Assembly: GCF_008033135.1 (NCBI RefSeq) | Contig: NZ_CP041335.1 | Location: 1,367,925-1,431,924 of the forward strand | From: Chitinolyticbacter meiyuanensis | GTDB lineage: Bacteria > Pseudomonadota > Gammaproteobacteria > Burkholderiales > Chitinibacteraceae | Length of the DNA: 64,000 nucleotides | Reading direction: 5' to 3' | In this document: in pieces, positions 1 through 13,705 of the stretch | Layout of the letters: every line of letters begins with the position of its first letter | Position numbering within the stretch: the first letter of the stretch is position 1 | The notes under the pieces: model-generated | What the model saw: only the letters and a program-made list of their open reading frames with translations | Told to the model about the DNA's origin: nothing | Database searches by the model: none | Program-made: the position numbers and the translations under genes

Positions 1-495
1 CACTGGTATCTGACTGCGGCAGAGCAGGGCTACGCGCTGGCCCAGTACAGCCTGGGACAGATCTACATCAATGCCCGAGGTGTGCCACGCGACTTCGCCG
101 AGGCTGCGCGTTGGCATCGCAAAGCTGCGGAACAGGGCAATGCCGCCGCGCAAATTGCCATCGGACGCCAGTATGCATATGGCTGGGGCGTGAGACATAA
201 CGGGAAAACGGCTCGGAACTGGTTCATCACTGCAGCGCAGCAGAAGCCTAAGCAGGCGTACGAAGAGCTGGCCACCTTGTACGAGCGGGGGAATGTCGTG
301 CCGAAGAATCTGGTGGTGGCCTACGCGCTACACAGCATCGTCGCAGAGGGTGGGGATGAACTTGCGAGAGACGCCATGAATGGCATCGAGCCTGCTTTGG
401 ACGAGAAGGCGTTTCATGCTGCGAAGCAGATGGCAGCAAGGCTGATCGAGAACCCCTCCTTCTTGCAAACCGAGCTGGAAGGAGTTGTCGAATAA
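1..495 (+). CDS. Sel1/TPR-like repeat protein, 5' end outside window
   Basis: Frame is open from base 1. Repeated 'AAEQGNAAAQ..LG..Y..G.GV..' Sel1-type motifs. Confidence 0.7.
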   Translation, partial: HWYLTAAEQGYALAQYSLGQIYINARGVPRDFAEAARWHRKAAEQGNAAAQIAIGRQYAYGWGVRHNGKTARNWFITAAQQKPKQAYEELATLYERGNVVPKNLVVAYALHSIVAEGGDELARDAMNGIEPALDEKAFHAAKQMAARLIENPSFLQTELEGVVE

Positions 496-623
496 GCGCC
501 GTTCACAAATCGCGGTGTAATGGCGCTGGCAAGGCTGTACGCAACGTCCAAAGGGGATCAATCGGCCCCCTTTGGCCACAATCTGGCCGTGGGCTGGACG
601 GCCTCATCGGCTTGCCTGCCGCA

Positions 624-4249
<3,626 letters not shown>

Positions 4250-4265
4250 GCGAGCGTTGATGCAA

Positions 4266-4296
4266 TAAAAAACCGGCCCAGAGGCCGGTTTTTTAT
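4266..4296. terminator. bidirectional rho-independent terminator between argS and the cysB-like gene
   Basis: ACCGGCC-caga-GGCCGGT stem flanked by an A-run and a T-run. Confidence 0.8.
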
Positions 4297-4312
4297 TGGT
4301 GCCGCAGAAGGC

Positions 4313-5260
4313 CTATTCGTCGTCTGCGTCGCTCGGCTCGCACAGCAGATTGTCGCGGATCACGTCGCGCGTGAGGTGCGGGGCGAACAGCTCGATGAAA
4401 TCGAAGGCGTAGCCGCGCAGATAGGCATCCTTGCGCACACCGATGTGGGTGGTCGATTTCTCGAACAGGTGGCCTGCGTCGATGCAGACCAGATCGCGGT
4501 CGTGATCGGGCTCGTAGGCCATGGCGGCGATCAGGCCGATGCCAAGGCCGAGCCGCACGTAAGTCTTGATCACGTCGGTATCGATGGCAGTGAGCACCAC
4601 GTTGGGCGTGAGCGCCAAGCGCTCGAAGGCCTGGTTGATCTTGCTGCGGCCGGTGAAGGCAAAGTCGTAGGTGATCAGCGGGTAGGCGGCGATGTCGGCC
4701 AGCGTGAGCGTGCGGCCAAGCGCCGCCAGCGGATGCGCATTGGGCACGACCACGCTGCGGTTCCAGTCGTAGCAGTCGAGCATGGCGAGCTCGGGGTAGT
4801 GATCGATGCCCTCGGTAGCGACGGCGAGATCCGCTTCGCCATCGACGACCATCTCGCTGATCTGCGTCGGGCTGCCCTGCTTGATCGAGAGCCGCACCTT
4901 GGGATAACGCTCGAGGAAGGCCTTCACGGTGGCGGGCAATGCGTAGCGGGCCTGGGTGTGGGTGGTGGCGATGGTCAAACTGCCTCCTTCCACGTTGACG
5001 AATTCTTCGCCGATGCGCTTGAGGTTCTGCGCCTGCAACAGGATGCGCTCGGAAATCTTCAGGATCTCGCGGCCCGGCGCGGTCACGTCGACCACGCGCT
5101 TGCCGTTGCGGATGAAGATCTGCACGCCGAGCTCGTCTTCCAGCAGGCGGATCTGCTTGGAAATCCCCGGCTGCGAGGTATGCAGTTTTTCTGCCGCTTC
5201 CGAGACATTCAGCCCCTGGCGCGCCACTTCGACCAGATAGCGCAGTTGCTGCAGCTTCAT
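4313..5260 (-). CDS. cysB: LysR-family transcriptional regulator, CysB-like
   Basis: N-terminus 'MKLQQLRYLVEVARQGLNVSEAAEKLHTSQPGISKQIRLLEDELG' closely resembles CysB. Divergent from cysH and a sulfite exporter. Confidence 0.8.
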   Translation of the reverse strand: MKLQQLRYLVEVARQGLNVSEAAEKLHTSQPGISKQIRLLEDELGVQIFIRNGKRVVDVTAPGREILKISERILLQAQNLKRIGEEFVNVEGGSLTIATTHTQARYALPATVKAFLERYPKVRLSIKQGSPTQISEMVVDGEADLAVATEGIDHYPELAMLDCYDWNRSVVVPNAHPLAALGRTLTLADIAAYPLITYDFAFTGRSKINQAFERLALTPNVVLTAIDTDVIKTYVRLGLGIGLIAAMAYEPDHDRDLVCIDAGHLFEKSTTHIGVRKDAYLRGYAFDFIELFAPHLTRDVIRDNLLCEPSDADDE

Positions 5261-5377
5261 GGCCTTTCCCCCAATTCAATCGTCAAAATAACCTGTGCTT
5301 CTAAAATCGTAACACATCAGTATAAGGACGAATATTCCCGCTGCTATCATCGCCGCTTCATTTAAGATCGGCGCAAC

Positions 5378-6157
5378 ATGGAAATCGGATTCATTGTTGC
5401 CGGCCTCGTGGTCGGCTTTATCGTGGGCATGACCGGTGTCGGCGGCGGGTCGCTGATGACCCCCATTCTGCTGTTCTTCGGGGTTAATCCGGCCACGGCC
5501 GTGGGCACCGATCTGCTGTATGCGTCGATCACCAAGGCGGGTGGGGTCTATGTCCACCAGAAGCAGCGCAATATCGACTGGAAGATCTGTGGCTGGCTGG
5601 CAGCCGGCAGCGTGCCCGCCGCCCTGCTGACCGTGCTGGCGCTGCACGCACTGCGCGCCGATACCGCCGTGGTGAATGCGGTGATCAAGCACTCGCTCGG
5701 CATTGCACTGCTGGTGACGGCAGTTGCCATCGTCTTCAAGCAGCAACTGCTGCGCTTTGCCCAGCACCACATCGGCGTCGGCGAGACGCTGTATGGCGGC
5801 CCACGTCGGCTGTGGGCCACCGTGGCCACCGGCGTGCTGCTCGGCGTGATTGTCACGCTGTCGTCGATCGGCGCCGGTGCCATCGGCACCATCGCGCTGT
5901 TCCTGCTGTTCCCGCTGCTGCCGACCGCGCGCCTCGTCGGCACCGAGATCGCCCATGCCGTGCCGCTGACGCTGGTTGCGGGCCTGGGCCACGCTGGGCT
6001 CGGCAATATCGACTGGCATCTGCTCGCCAACCTGCTGATCGGCTCGCTGCCCGGCATCTACGTGGGCAGCAAGCTTACCGGTCGCATGCCCGATCACATT
6101 CTGCGTCCGGTCCTGGCTGGCATGCTCGCCCTGATCGGTGCGAAACTGGTGTTTTGA
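5378..6157 (+). CDS. TauE/SafE family sulfite/anion exporter
   Basis: 259-aa polytopic membrane protein with the duplicated 'G.GGG..m.P.L' motif of the TauE/SafE family. Confidence 0.75.
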   Translation: MEIGFIVAGLVVGFIVGMTGVGGGSLMTPILLFFGVNPATAVGTDLLYASITKAGGVYVHQKQRNIDWKICGWLAAGSVPAALLTVLALHALRADTAVVNAVIKHSLGIALLVTAVAIVFKQQLLRFAQHHIGVGETLYGGPRRLWATVATGVLLGVIVTLSSIGAGAIGTIALFLLFPLLPTARLVGTEIAHAVPLTLVAGLGHAGLGNIDWHLLANLLIGSLPGIYVGSKLTGRMPDHILRPVLAGMLALIGAKLVF

Positions 6158-6181
6158 TCGCGCAGCGGTCTCCTGGAGCAC

Positions 6182-6868
6182 ATGATGGATCTGGAACAGA
6201 AGCTCGCCGAAACGCTGGCGGTGCTGCGACGCGTCGAGGCCGAGTTCAGCCCGGCGGTGTTTGCCAATTCGTTTGGCGCCGAGGACATGGTGATCACCGA
6301 CCTGATCGCCCGGCACCAGCTCAATATCGAGGTGTTCAGCCTCGATACCGGCCGGCTGCCGGCCGAAACCTACGACCTGATGGCCAAGGTGCGCGAAACC
6401 TATCCGGCGGCGCAGGTGGTCACTTTTTTCCCGAGCGCTGCCAGTGTCGAGCGCTACGTGAACCAGAACGGCATCAACGCCTTTTACGAATCGGTCGAAT
6501 TGCGCAAGGAATGCTGCCGCATTCGCAAGCTCGAACCGCTGGCCCGCGCGCTCGAAGGCAAGAAGGCCTGGATCACCGGCCTGCGTCGCGAGCAGTCGCC
6601 GACGCGCACCGACATGGCGCACCAGGAATGGGACGATGGCAACGGCCTTGCCAAGTTCAACCCCTTGCTGGAGTGGACCGAGAAGGACGTCTGGGCCTAC
6701 ATCAAGGGCAACGACGTGCCGTACAACAAGCTGCACGACCAGTTCTACCCGTCGATTGGCTGCGCACCCTGTACCCGGTCCGTCGCGATGGGCGAGGATG
6801 TTCGCGCCGGACGCTGGTGGTGGGAGAACCCCGAGTTCAAGGAGTGCGGGCTGCACGCCAAGCATTGA
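6182..6868 (+). CDS. cysH: phosphoadenosine phosphosulfate (or APS) reductase
   Basis: 228 aa. PAPS-reductase fold motifs and the C-terminal 'ECGLH' redox cysteine. Confidence 0.88.
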   Translation: MMDLEQKLAETLAVLRRVEAEFSPAVFANSFGAEDMVITDLIARHQLNIEVFSLDTGRLPAETYDLMAKVRETYPAAQVVTFFPSAASVERYVNQNGINAFYESVELRKECCRIRKLEPLARALEGKKAWITGLRREQSPTRTDMAHQEWDDGNGLAKFNPLLEWTEKDVWAYIKGNDVPYNKLHDQFYPSIGCAPCTRSVAMGEDVRAGRWWWENPEFKECGLHAKH

Positions 6869-6984
6869 ACCGCCCGGCAAAGCGAGCCGCCCCGAAGAGG
6901 GCGGCTTTTTTACGCACATGTTCTTTCGGGTGATATGCCGCTGACTTATATTCATGTCACTGCTGACATGAAAGGGAGCAAACC

Positions 6985-8214
6985 ATGAGTCGTGCCATAC
7001 GTACCGTGCTGTTGTTGTTTGCCCTGTGCCTGGGCATGCCCTGGGCACAGGCGGACGACGCCAAACCGTTCAAGCCCGAGCAGCTGGAACAGCTCGCCGC
7101 GCCGATCGCCCTGTATCCGGATGCCCTGGTGGCGCAGATCATGATGGCCGCGACCTACCCGCTGGAGGTGGTCGAGGCGGCGCGCTGGTCCAAGGCCAAC
7201 CCCAACGTCAAGGACAAGGCGCTGGAAGACGCGATGACCAAGCAAAGCTGGGACGCCAGCGTGAAATCGCTGGCTGCCTTCCCGCAAGTGCTGCAGATGA
7301 TGAACGACAAGCTCGACTGGACGCAGCAGCTGGGCGATGCGGTGCTGGCACAGCAGAAGGAGGTGATGGATGCGGTGCAGCGCTTGCGCGCCAAGGCACA
7401 GGCCGAAGGCAACCTGAAATCCGGCAAGGAGCAGAAGGTCACCACCGAGGCATCCTCCTCCGGCACCACAGTGATCAAGATCGAGCCGACGCAACCCGAG
7501 GTGGTCTATGTGCCCACCTACAATCCCACCGTGGTCTATGGGGCCTGGCCGTATCCGGCCTACACGCCGTATTACTGGTATCCGCCGGGCTACACCGCTG
7601 CTGCGAGCTTCTTTTCCTTCACGGTCGGCGTGGCCATTGGCTCGGCGCTGTGGGGCAACTGCAACTGGGGTGGCGGCGACATCGATATCGACGTGAACCG
7701 CTACAACAACTTCAACCGCACCAACATCAGCAACCGCGAGTGGAATCACGACAGCACGCACCGCAAGGGTGTGCAGTACCGCGATAACGCCACCCAGCAG
7801 AAGTTCAACCGCAGCGGCAAGCAGGGTGCGGACAGCCGTGAACAATTCCGCGGCCGGGCCGATGCCGAGCGCAAGAACCTGAATCAGGTCGATCGCGATG
7901 CCGTCGATCGCACCACTGCGCAGAGCCGCGAACGGGATCGCGCGCAAGGCGGTGATCGGGCACAGAGTGGTCAACGCCCGCAGAACCGTGATGGGCATAC
8001 CCGTGATGTCCAGTCGCGCGATACCCAGTCGCGAGATCGCCAGAGCGGTGCTGCATCGACCAATCGTGCCCCGCAGCGTGACCAGGCCTTCCAAGGCTCC
8101 GACCGGGGCGCCGATGCGACCCGTGCCGCCAGCAACCGTGGCCAGGCCAGCCGTTCCACCGCACAACGCCCCACCCGCTCCACCGGCGGTGGCGGCCGCG
8201 GCGGCCGTCGCTAA
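6985..8214 (+). CDS. DUF3300-family secreted protein with a low-complexity R/D/Q/S-rich C-terminus
   Basis: Signal peptide 'MSRAIRTVLLLFALCLGMPWAQA'. Conserved 'LAAPIALYPDALVAQIMMAATYPLEVVEAARW' DUF3300 core. Confidence 0.7.
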   Translation: MSRAIRTVLLLFALCLGMPWAQADDAKPFKPEQLEQLAAPIALYPDALVAQIMMAATYPLEVVEAARWSKANPNVKDKALEDAMTKQSWDASVKSLAAFPQVLQMMNDKLDWTQQLGDAVLAQQKEVMDAVQRLRAKAQAEGNLKSGKEQKVTTEASSSGTTVIKIEPTQPEVVYVPTYNPTVVYGAWPYPAYTPYYWYPPGYTAAASFFSFTVGVAIGSALWGNCNWGGGDIDIDVNRYNNFNRTNISNREWNHDSTHRKGVQYRDNATQQKFNRSGKQGADSREQFRGRADAERKNLNQVDRDAVDRTTAQSRERDRAQGGDRAQSGQRPQNRDGHTRDVQSRDTQSRDRQSGAASTNRAPQRDQAFQGSDRGADATRAASNRGQASRSTAQRPTRSTGGGGRGGRR

Positions 8215-8225
8215 GGAGGACCACC

Positions 8226-9173
8226 ATGACCCATACCATTCAAAACCTGCTGCCACGCGCCCTGACCGCCCTGACTCTGCTGCTGTCGCTGGCAGTGCCA
8301 CAGGCCCATGCTGCTGAGCGCCATTTCGCCACACCCGAGGAAGCAGTGGCCGCACTGCAAGCAGCACTGGAGCAGCATGACGAGAACGCACTGCTGGCAT
8401 TGTTCGGCGACGAGGCGCATACGCTGTTGGATTCCGGCGACGCTGTGGCTGATCAACAGGCGCGCGAGCGCTTCCTGACTGCGTTGAAGGCGGGGCAGAA
8501 GTTGAGCGAAACGGGGCCGGGCGCTCGCGTGCTGGAAGTGGGGGAGGACGGCTGGCCGTTCCCGATTCCGCTGAAGAACGCCTTCGGCACTTGGGCCTTC
8601 GATACTCCGGCTGGCGCTGAGGAGCTGATCAATCGCCGTATCGGTTTCAACGAGCTGTCGGCCATCCAGGTCAGCCTCGCGCTCGTTGATGCACAGCGCG
8701 AGTACTATCAGCGCAACCCGGACAATGCGAAGCTGCTGCACTACGCCCGTCGCATCGTCAGCAGCCCGGGCAAGCGGGATGGCCTTTATTGGTCGGACGC
8801 GGTGAAGGCGCCGGATGGGCAACCCAGCCCCTTGGGCGAGCTGGTGGCCGACGCGTTCCGCGAAGGCTATCGCAAGCGTGGCGAGGTGGCGACGCCGTAT
8901 CACGGCTACTACTATCGCTTGCTGACCCGCCAGGGCCCGGCAGCAGAGGGCGGCGCCTATGACTACGTCGCTAAGGGTTATCTGCTCGGTGGCTTCGCCG
9001 TGGTCGCCTGGCCGGCGGAATACGCGGTATCCGGGGTGAAGACCTTCATCGTCAACCACGAGGGCGTGGTGTACGAGCGTGACCTGGGCGAGCGTACGGC
9101 CGAGCTCGCACCTGCGCTGAATGCCTTCAATCCGGACGAAGGCTGGAGCCAGGCCGACGACACCTTGCATTGA
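8226..9173 (+). CDS. DUF2950-family secreted protein
   Basis: Signal peptide, then 'HFATPEEAVAALQAALEQHDENALLALFGDEA', a typical DUF2950 start. Follows the DUF3300 gene by 11 bp. Confidence 0.7.
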   Translation: MTHTIQNLLPRALTALTLLLSLAVPQAHAAERHFATPEEAVAALQAALEQHDENALLALFGDEAHTLLDSGDAVADQQARERFLTALKAGQKLSETGPGARVLEVGEDGWPFPIPLKNAFGTWAFDTPAGAEELINRRIGFNELSAIQVSLALVDAQREYYQRNPDNAKLLHYARRIVSSPGKRDGLYWSDAVKAPDGQPSPLGELVADAFREGYRKRGEVATPYHGYYYRLLTRQGPAAEGGAYDYVAKGYLLGGFAVVAWPAEYAVSGVKTFIVNHEGVVYERDLGERTAELAPALNAFNPDEGWSQADDTLH

Positions 9174-9258
9174 GCTACGGCCGCCTGCGGGATTTCCGCA
9201 GCGGCTCGGTTGCATCCGCTGCGGTTAGCATGGGGCATCGCCCTTGTCCGGTTGCCCC

Positions 9259-10498
9259 ATGCTGACCCGCTCCCACGCCCTTGCGCTCGACGCCCATGAT
9301 GAACTCGCGTCGCTGCGCAACGCCTTCGATCTCCCCCCTGGCATCTATCTCGATGGGAACTCGCTCGGCGCACTGCCGCATGCGGCCAAGGCACGGATCG
9401 CCGCGCTGATCGAGCACGAATGGGGGCAAGGGCTGATCGCCAGCTGGAACGCGGCCGGTTGGTACGCTGCGCCACGCCGCATTGGCGACCGGTTGGCACC
9501 GTGGATCGGCGCTGCGCCCGGTGAAGTGGTGGTCACCGATTCGATCTCGGTCAACCTGTTCAAGCTGCTGTCCGCTGCGCTCACGCTGCAACGCGAGCGC
9601 ACGCCGCGACGCCGGGTGATCGTGTCCGAGCGCAGCAACTTCCCCACCGATCTTTATATCGTGCAGGGCCTGATCGCCCAGCTCGATGCAGGTTACACGC
9701 TACGCCTGGTCGACGATGCGGCTGACCTGGCGAAGGCCATCGACGACGACGTCGCCGTCGTGTTGCTCACCCACGTCAACTATCGTACTGGTGCCATGCA
9801 CGATATGGCCGGCCTGACTATCCAATGCCACGCCCAGGGCGCGCTGGTGATCTGGGATCTGGCGCATTCGGCCGGGGCGGTGCCGGTCGATCTCAACGGC
9901 TGTGGAGCCGATTTCGCCGTCGGCTGCAGCTACAAATACCTGAATGCAGGCCCCGGCGCGCCGGCTTTCCTCTGGGTGCCCAAGCGGCACCAGCACCTGC
10001 CGCAGCCCTTGTCCGGCTGGTGGGGGCATGCCGATCCATTCGCGATGGCGCCACAATTTCAGGCGGCCGATGGTATTGCCCGCTTTCTCTCCGGCACGCC
10101 GTCGCCATTGGGCTCTGCGTTGCTGGGTGTTTCGCTGGATGTGTTCGAACACACCACCATGGCCATCTTGCGCGCCAAGTCGCTGGCGCTGACCGATCTC
10201 TTCATCGCGCTGGTCGAGGCGCAATGCCCGGCGCTGCAGCTGGTCACGCCGCGCGAGCACGCGGCGCGGGGCAGCCAGGTCAGCCTCTACCATGAACAGG
10301 GCTATGCCATGGTTCCAGGCACTGATCGCGCGCGGCATCGTCGGCGACTATCGCGAACCGGGCATCCTGCGCTTCGGCTTCACCCCGCTCTATACCCGCT
10401 TCGTCGACGTGTGGGATGCCGCCGCGGCGTTGACCGACGTGCTGGCGAGCCGGGCATGGGATAATCCGGCCTTCATGCAACGCGCCACGGTCACCTGA
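9259..10498 (+). pseudogene. kynU: kynureninase interrupted by a +1 frameshift near 10311-10316
   Basis: Main frame matches kynureninase to '...[10 protein letters not shown]', then runs into nonsense '[11 protein letters not shown]'. The conserved C-terminus '[34 protein letters not shown]' continues in the +1 frame (track ORF 10292..10498). Removing one base in 'atggttccaggc' restores a single frame. Confidence 0.8.
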
Positions 10499-11475
10499 TG
10501 ACTCATCCCTATGCCGCGCTCACGCCCGATTGCGTGCTCGATGCCCTCGATTGCATCGGCTATCGCACCAGCGGCAGCCAGTTCCCCCTCAACAGCTATG
10601 AGAACCGTGTCTACCAGGTTGGCATCGACGACGAGCCGCCAGTCATTGCCAAGTTCTATCGCCCGGGGCGCTGGAGCGAGGCGCAGATCCTCGAAGAACA
10701 TGCATTCGCCGCCGAACTGGTGGCACACGAGATTCCGGTGGTCGCGCCGCTGGCACAGGATGGCCGCACGTTGTTCGCGCATCAGGGTTTTTTGTTCGCG
10801 GTGTTTCCCCGCCGCGGCGGGCGGGCGCCGGAGCTCGACCAGCCGGACACGCTGGAATGGCTCGGCCGCTTTCTTGGCCGCATCCATGCCGTCGGCGCGG
10901 TACGGCCGTTTGCCGAACGCCCAGCGCTGACACCGCAGACCTTCGGCGCGGCGCCACGCGATCTATTGCTCGCCGGCAGCTTCGTGCCGGATGACCTGCT
11001 GCCGGCCTATCGCAGCGTGGTCGATCAGGCGCTGCAGGGGGTGGCGTATTGCTACGAGCGCGCCGGCACGGTGCCCGCGATCCGGCTGCATGGCGACGTG
11101 CACGGCGGCAACATGCTGTGGACGCCCGATGGCCCGCATTTCGTCGACCTGGATGATGCCCGCATGGGCCCGGCGGTGCAGGACTTGTGGATGCTGCTAT
11201 CCGGTGAGCGCGAGGACCGGGTGCGGCAACTGGCTGATGTGCTGGCGGGCTACGAGGATTTCTGCGAGTTCGATCCGCGCGAGCTTTACCTGATCGAAGC
11301 ACTGCGCACATTGCGGCTGATCCACTACGCCGGCTGGCTGGCCCAGCGCTGGGACGATCCGGCGTTCCCGCACGCCTTCCCCTGGTTCAACACCCAGCGC
11401 TATTGGCAGGATCACATCCTGGCGCTGCGCGAGCAGGTGGCAGCGATGGACGAGCCGCCACTGTGGCCGGTGTGA
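10498..11475 (+). CDS. srkA: stress response serine/threonine kinase SrkA (YihE/RdoA family)
   Basis: 325 aa. 'NSYENRVYQV' N-terminus and an APH-like kinase core; 'HGDVHGGNMLW' and 'FVDLDDARMGP' match the YihE family. Confidence 0.85.
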   Translation: MTHPYAALTPDCVLDALDCIGYRTSGSQFPLNSYENRVYQVGIDDEPPVIAKFYRPGRWSEAQILEEHAFAAELVAHEIPVVAPLAQDGRTLFAHQGFLFAVFPRRGGRAPELDQPDTLEWLGRFLGRIHAVGAVRPFAERPALTPQTFGAAPRDLLLAGSFVPDDLLPAYRSVVDQALQGVAYCYERAGTVPAIRLHGDVHGGNMLWTPDGPHFVDLDDARMGPAVQDLWMLLSGEREDRVRQLADVLAGYEDFCEFDPRELYLIEALRTLRLIHYAGWLAQRWDDPAFPHAFPWFNTQRYWQDHILALREQVAAMDEPPLWPV

Positions 11476-11485
11476 GCGCGCGGGC

Positions 11486-13705
11486 CTAGTGCCGCTGGCG
11501 CGCCGCCAGCCACTCCGTCAGTTCGTTCAGCGGCATCGGCTTGGCGTAGAAATAGCCCTGCGCCTCACCGCAGCCCAGTGCACGCAGGAAGCCCGCCTGT
11601 TCCGGCGTCTCGACGCCTTCGGCCACGATGCCGAGTCCCAGCTTCTTGGCCAGCGTGACAATGGTTTCGGCAAAGAGGCCGCCCTTGCCGTCGCGGATCT
11701 CGTCGACGAAGGCGCGGTCGATCTTCAGCCGGTCGATTGGCAGTGCGCGCAGCTGCGCCAGCGACGAGTAGCCGGTGCCGAAGTCGTCGATGGCGATGCT
11801 GATGCCGAGCATGCGCAGGCTTTCCAGCGCGGCCACCACCGTCTTCGGCTCATCCATGGCGATGCTCTCGGTGATCTCCAGCTCCAGCGCCGAGGGCGGC
11901 ACACGGCGGCTGCCGAGCAGGCTCGCCACGCGTTCGGTGAGATCGCCGGCGCGGAACTGCGGCATCGACACGTTCACGGCAATGCGCACCGGACGGTCCT
12001 GCACGGCGGCGAGCGCCAGATAGGCAGAACAGGCCTCGTGCAGCACCCAATCGCCGATTTCGACGATCAGGCCGGAGTATTCGGCCAGCGGGATGAACAC
12101 CGACGGTGGCTGGACGAAGCCGTTCTCGCCCGGCCAGCGCAGCAGCGCCTCGACACCGATCACCGCGCCGCTCTGGATTTCCACCTGCGGCTGGTACCAG
12201 ACGACGAGGCGTCCGGCATGGAAATCGTGCTTCAGCTGGCGGATCAGGTCGAGCCGCCAACGGGTGTGCTCCTCCATCTCGCTGCTGAAGTGGTCGAAAT
12301 CGCTGGAGACATGCTTCTTCGCCCGGTTGAGCGCGATGCTGGCACGCTTGAGCAGCATGAAGCCGGAGCCGCCGCCCTCGCGCAGCCGGCAGTAGCCGAG
12401 CTTGACCGAAACCGGTAGCAGGTGCTCGCCGACCTCGAACGGGATGTGGAACAGCGTCAGCAACTGCTGCGGCTGCAACTGGTCGGTCGGGCCAAGCACG
12501 CCGAACACATCGGCGCCGATGCGTGCCAGCCGGCAGGCCGGTGACAGGTTGGTCTCCAGCCGGGTGGCGACGGCCACCAAGAGTTCGTTGCCAACGTCAT
12601 GGCCTAGACCGTCGTTGATGTCGGCGAAGTGATCGATGTCGATCAGCAGCGCCACCTGGTCGCCGTTCCCATCACGCAATGCCTGTTCGAGCTGGACGAT
12701 GAAGCGCGACCGGTTGGACAGATGCGTGAGCGCATCGTGATAGGCGGCGAAATTCAGTTTCTCGACGTAATTGAGGTTGGAGAAACAGGCCGAGATATTG
12801 GCGGCGAACACCTCCACCAGCTGGCGATCGGCGTCGGACAGCGGCTGGCGGGTTTCGAGGAACACGGCACCTTCCTGCTCGGCGCCGCGCAGATAGAGCG
12901 TGGTGTGGTCGTCGGCGAACTGGTGCACACCGAACTGGATGGTCTGCTCGATGGCCTGCCGGACCCGGGCGTCATCCAGCGATTCGAGCGGGGCGGCGAT
13001 CAAGGGCGCAAGCCGCCCGGCTGCGCCGACGATGTAGAGTCGCTCGCGTTCCGAATCGTCGAACGGCGAGCCGCGCTGCGCGCAGACGATGCCGTCGAGC
13101 GGCAGCTTCAAGAGCGCGGTGAGCTGGGTCAGCACGCCTTCGGCGAACTGGGTCAGCGCGTGCTGTTCCATCAGGTCCGCCACCGCGCGCACGATCAGCT
13201 CCAGGCCGCGCCGGTTCTCGGCGATGGTGCGGATCTGGTCGTAGCTGCGCAGCGCCGCGGTGATGGCGGTGATCAGCCGGGTGTGGGTGAGCTCGGCCTT
13301 GGTGCGATAGTCGTTGATGTCGTAGTTGTTGAAGACGGTGAGCTCGGGCGCGTAGCCCGGTTGCCCGGTGCGCAGGATGATGCGGCACTCGGTGAGCTTG
13401 AGCACGTCGCGGATGTAGCCGACCAGGGTGAGGCCGGCATCGCCGGTTTCCATCACCACATCAAGCAGGATCACCGCGAAGTCTTGCCGCTGCGCGAGCA
13501 CTGTGCGGGCCTCGGCAGCGGAGCGGGCATGCACCAGCTCGAGCTCGCGGCCGAGGATGAGGTGATGCGACAAGGCGAAGCGGGTCGCGGCGTGGACTTC
13601 GTCGTCATCGTCGATCACCAGCACGGCCCAGCGCTCGTGCGGCACATGCGGTCTGGCGCCGTCTTCGGCGATCAGCTGCAGGTCATCGTCAGGATGATGG
13701 CTCAT
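11486..13705 (-). CDS. response regulator with REC, DUF3369-like, GGDEF and EAL domains
   Basis: REC ('VLVIDDDDEVH...LLDVVMETGDAG'), degenerate GGDEF region, and EAL ('EALLRW', 'EITESIAMDEP', 'DDFGTGYSSL'). Confidence 0.85.
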   Translation of the reverse strand: MSHHPDDDLQLIAEDGARPHVPHERWAVLVIDDDDEVHAATRFALSHHLILGRELELVHARSAAEARTVLAQRQDFAVILLDVVMETGDAGLTLVGYIRDVLKLTECRIILRTGQPGYAPELTVFNNYDINDYRTKAELTHTRLITAITAALRSYDQIRTIAENRRGLELIVRAVADLMEQHALTQFAEGVLTQLTALLKLPLDGIVCAQRGSPFDDSERERLYIVGAAGRLAPLIAAPLESLDDARVRQAIEQTIQFGVHQFADDHTTLYLRGAEQEGAVFLETRQPLSDADRQLVEVFAANISACFSNLNYVEKLNFAAYHDALTHLSNRSRFIVQLEQALRDGNGDQVALLIDIDHFADINDGLGHDVGNELLVAVATRLETNLSPACRLARIGADVFGVLGPTDQLQPQQLLTLFHIPFEVGEHLLPVSVKLGYCRLREGGGSGFMLLKRASIALNRAKKHVSSDFDHFSSEMEEHTRWRLDLIRQLKHDFHAGRLVVWYQPQVEIQSGAVIGVEALLRWPGENGFVQPPSVFIPLAEYSGLIVEIGDWVLHEACSAYLALAAVQDRPVRIAVNVSMPQFRAGDLTERVASLLGSRRVPPSALELEITESIAMDEPKTVVAALESLRMLGISIAIDDFGTGYSSLAQLRALPIDRLKIDRAFVDEIRDGKGGLFAETIVTLAKKLGLGIVAEGVETPEQAGFLRALGCGEAQGYFYAKPMPLNELTEWLAARQRH

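Noticed and set aside
5276-7048. 590-aa ORF on the minus strand
   Set aside because: Antisense to tauE/safE and cysH, which have clear homology. Arg/Gly/Ala-rich translation typical of spurious ORFs in high-GC DNA.
6952-9215. Long minus-strand ORFs of 482 aa (6952..8400) and 334 aa (8211..9215)
   Set aside because: Antisense to the DUF3300 and DUF2950 genes; no recognisable domains, low-complexity composition.
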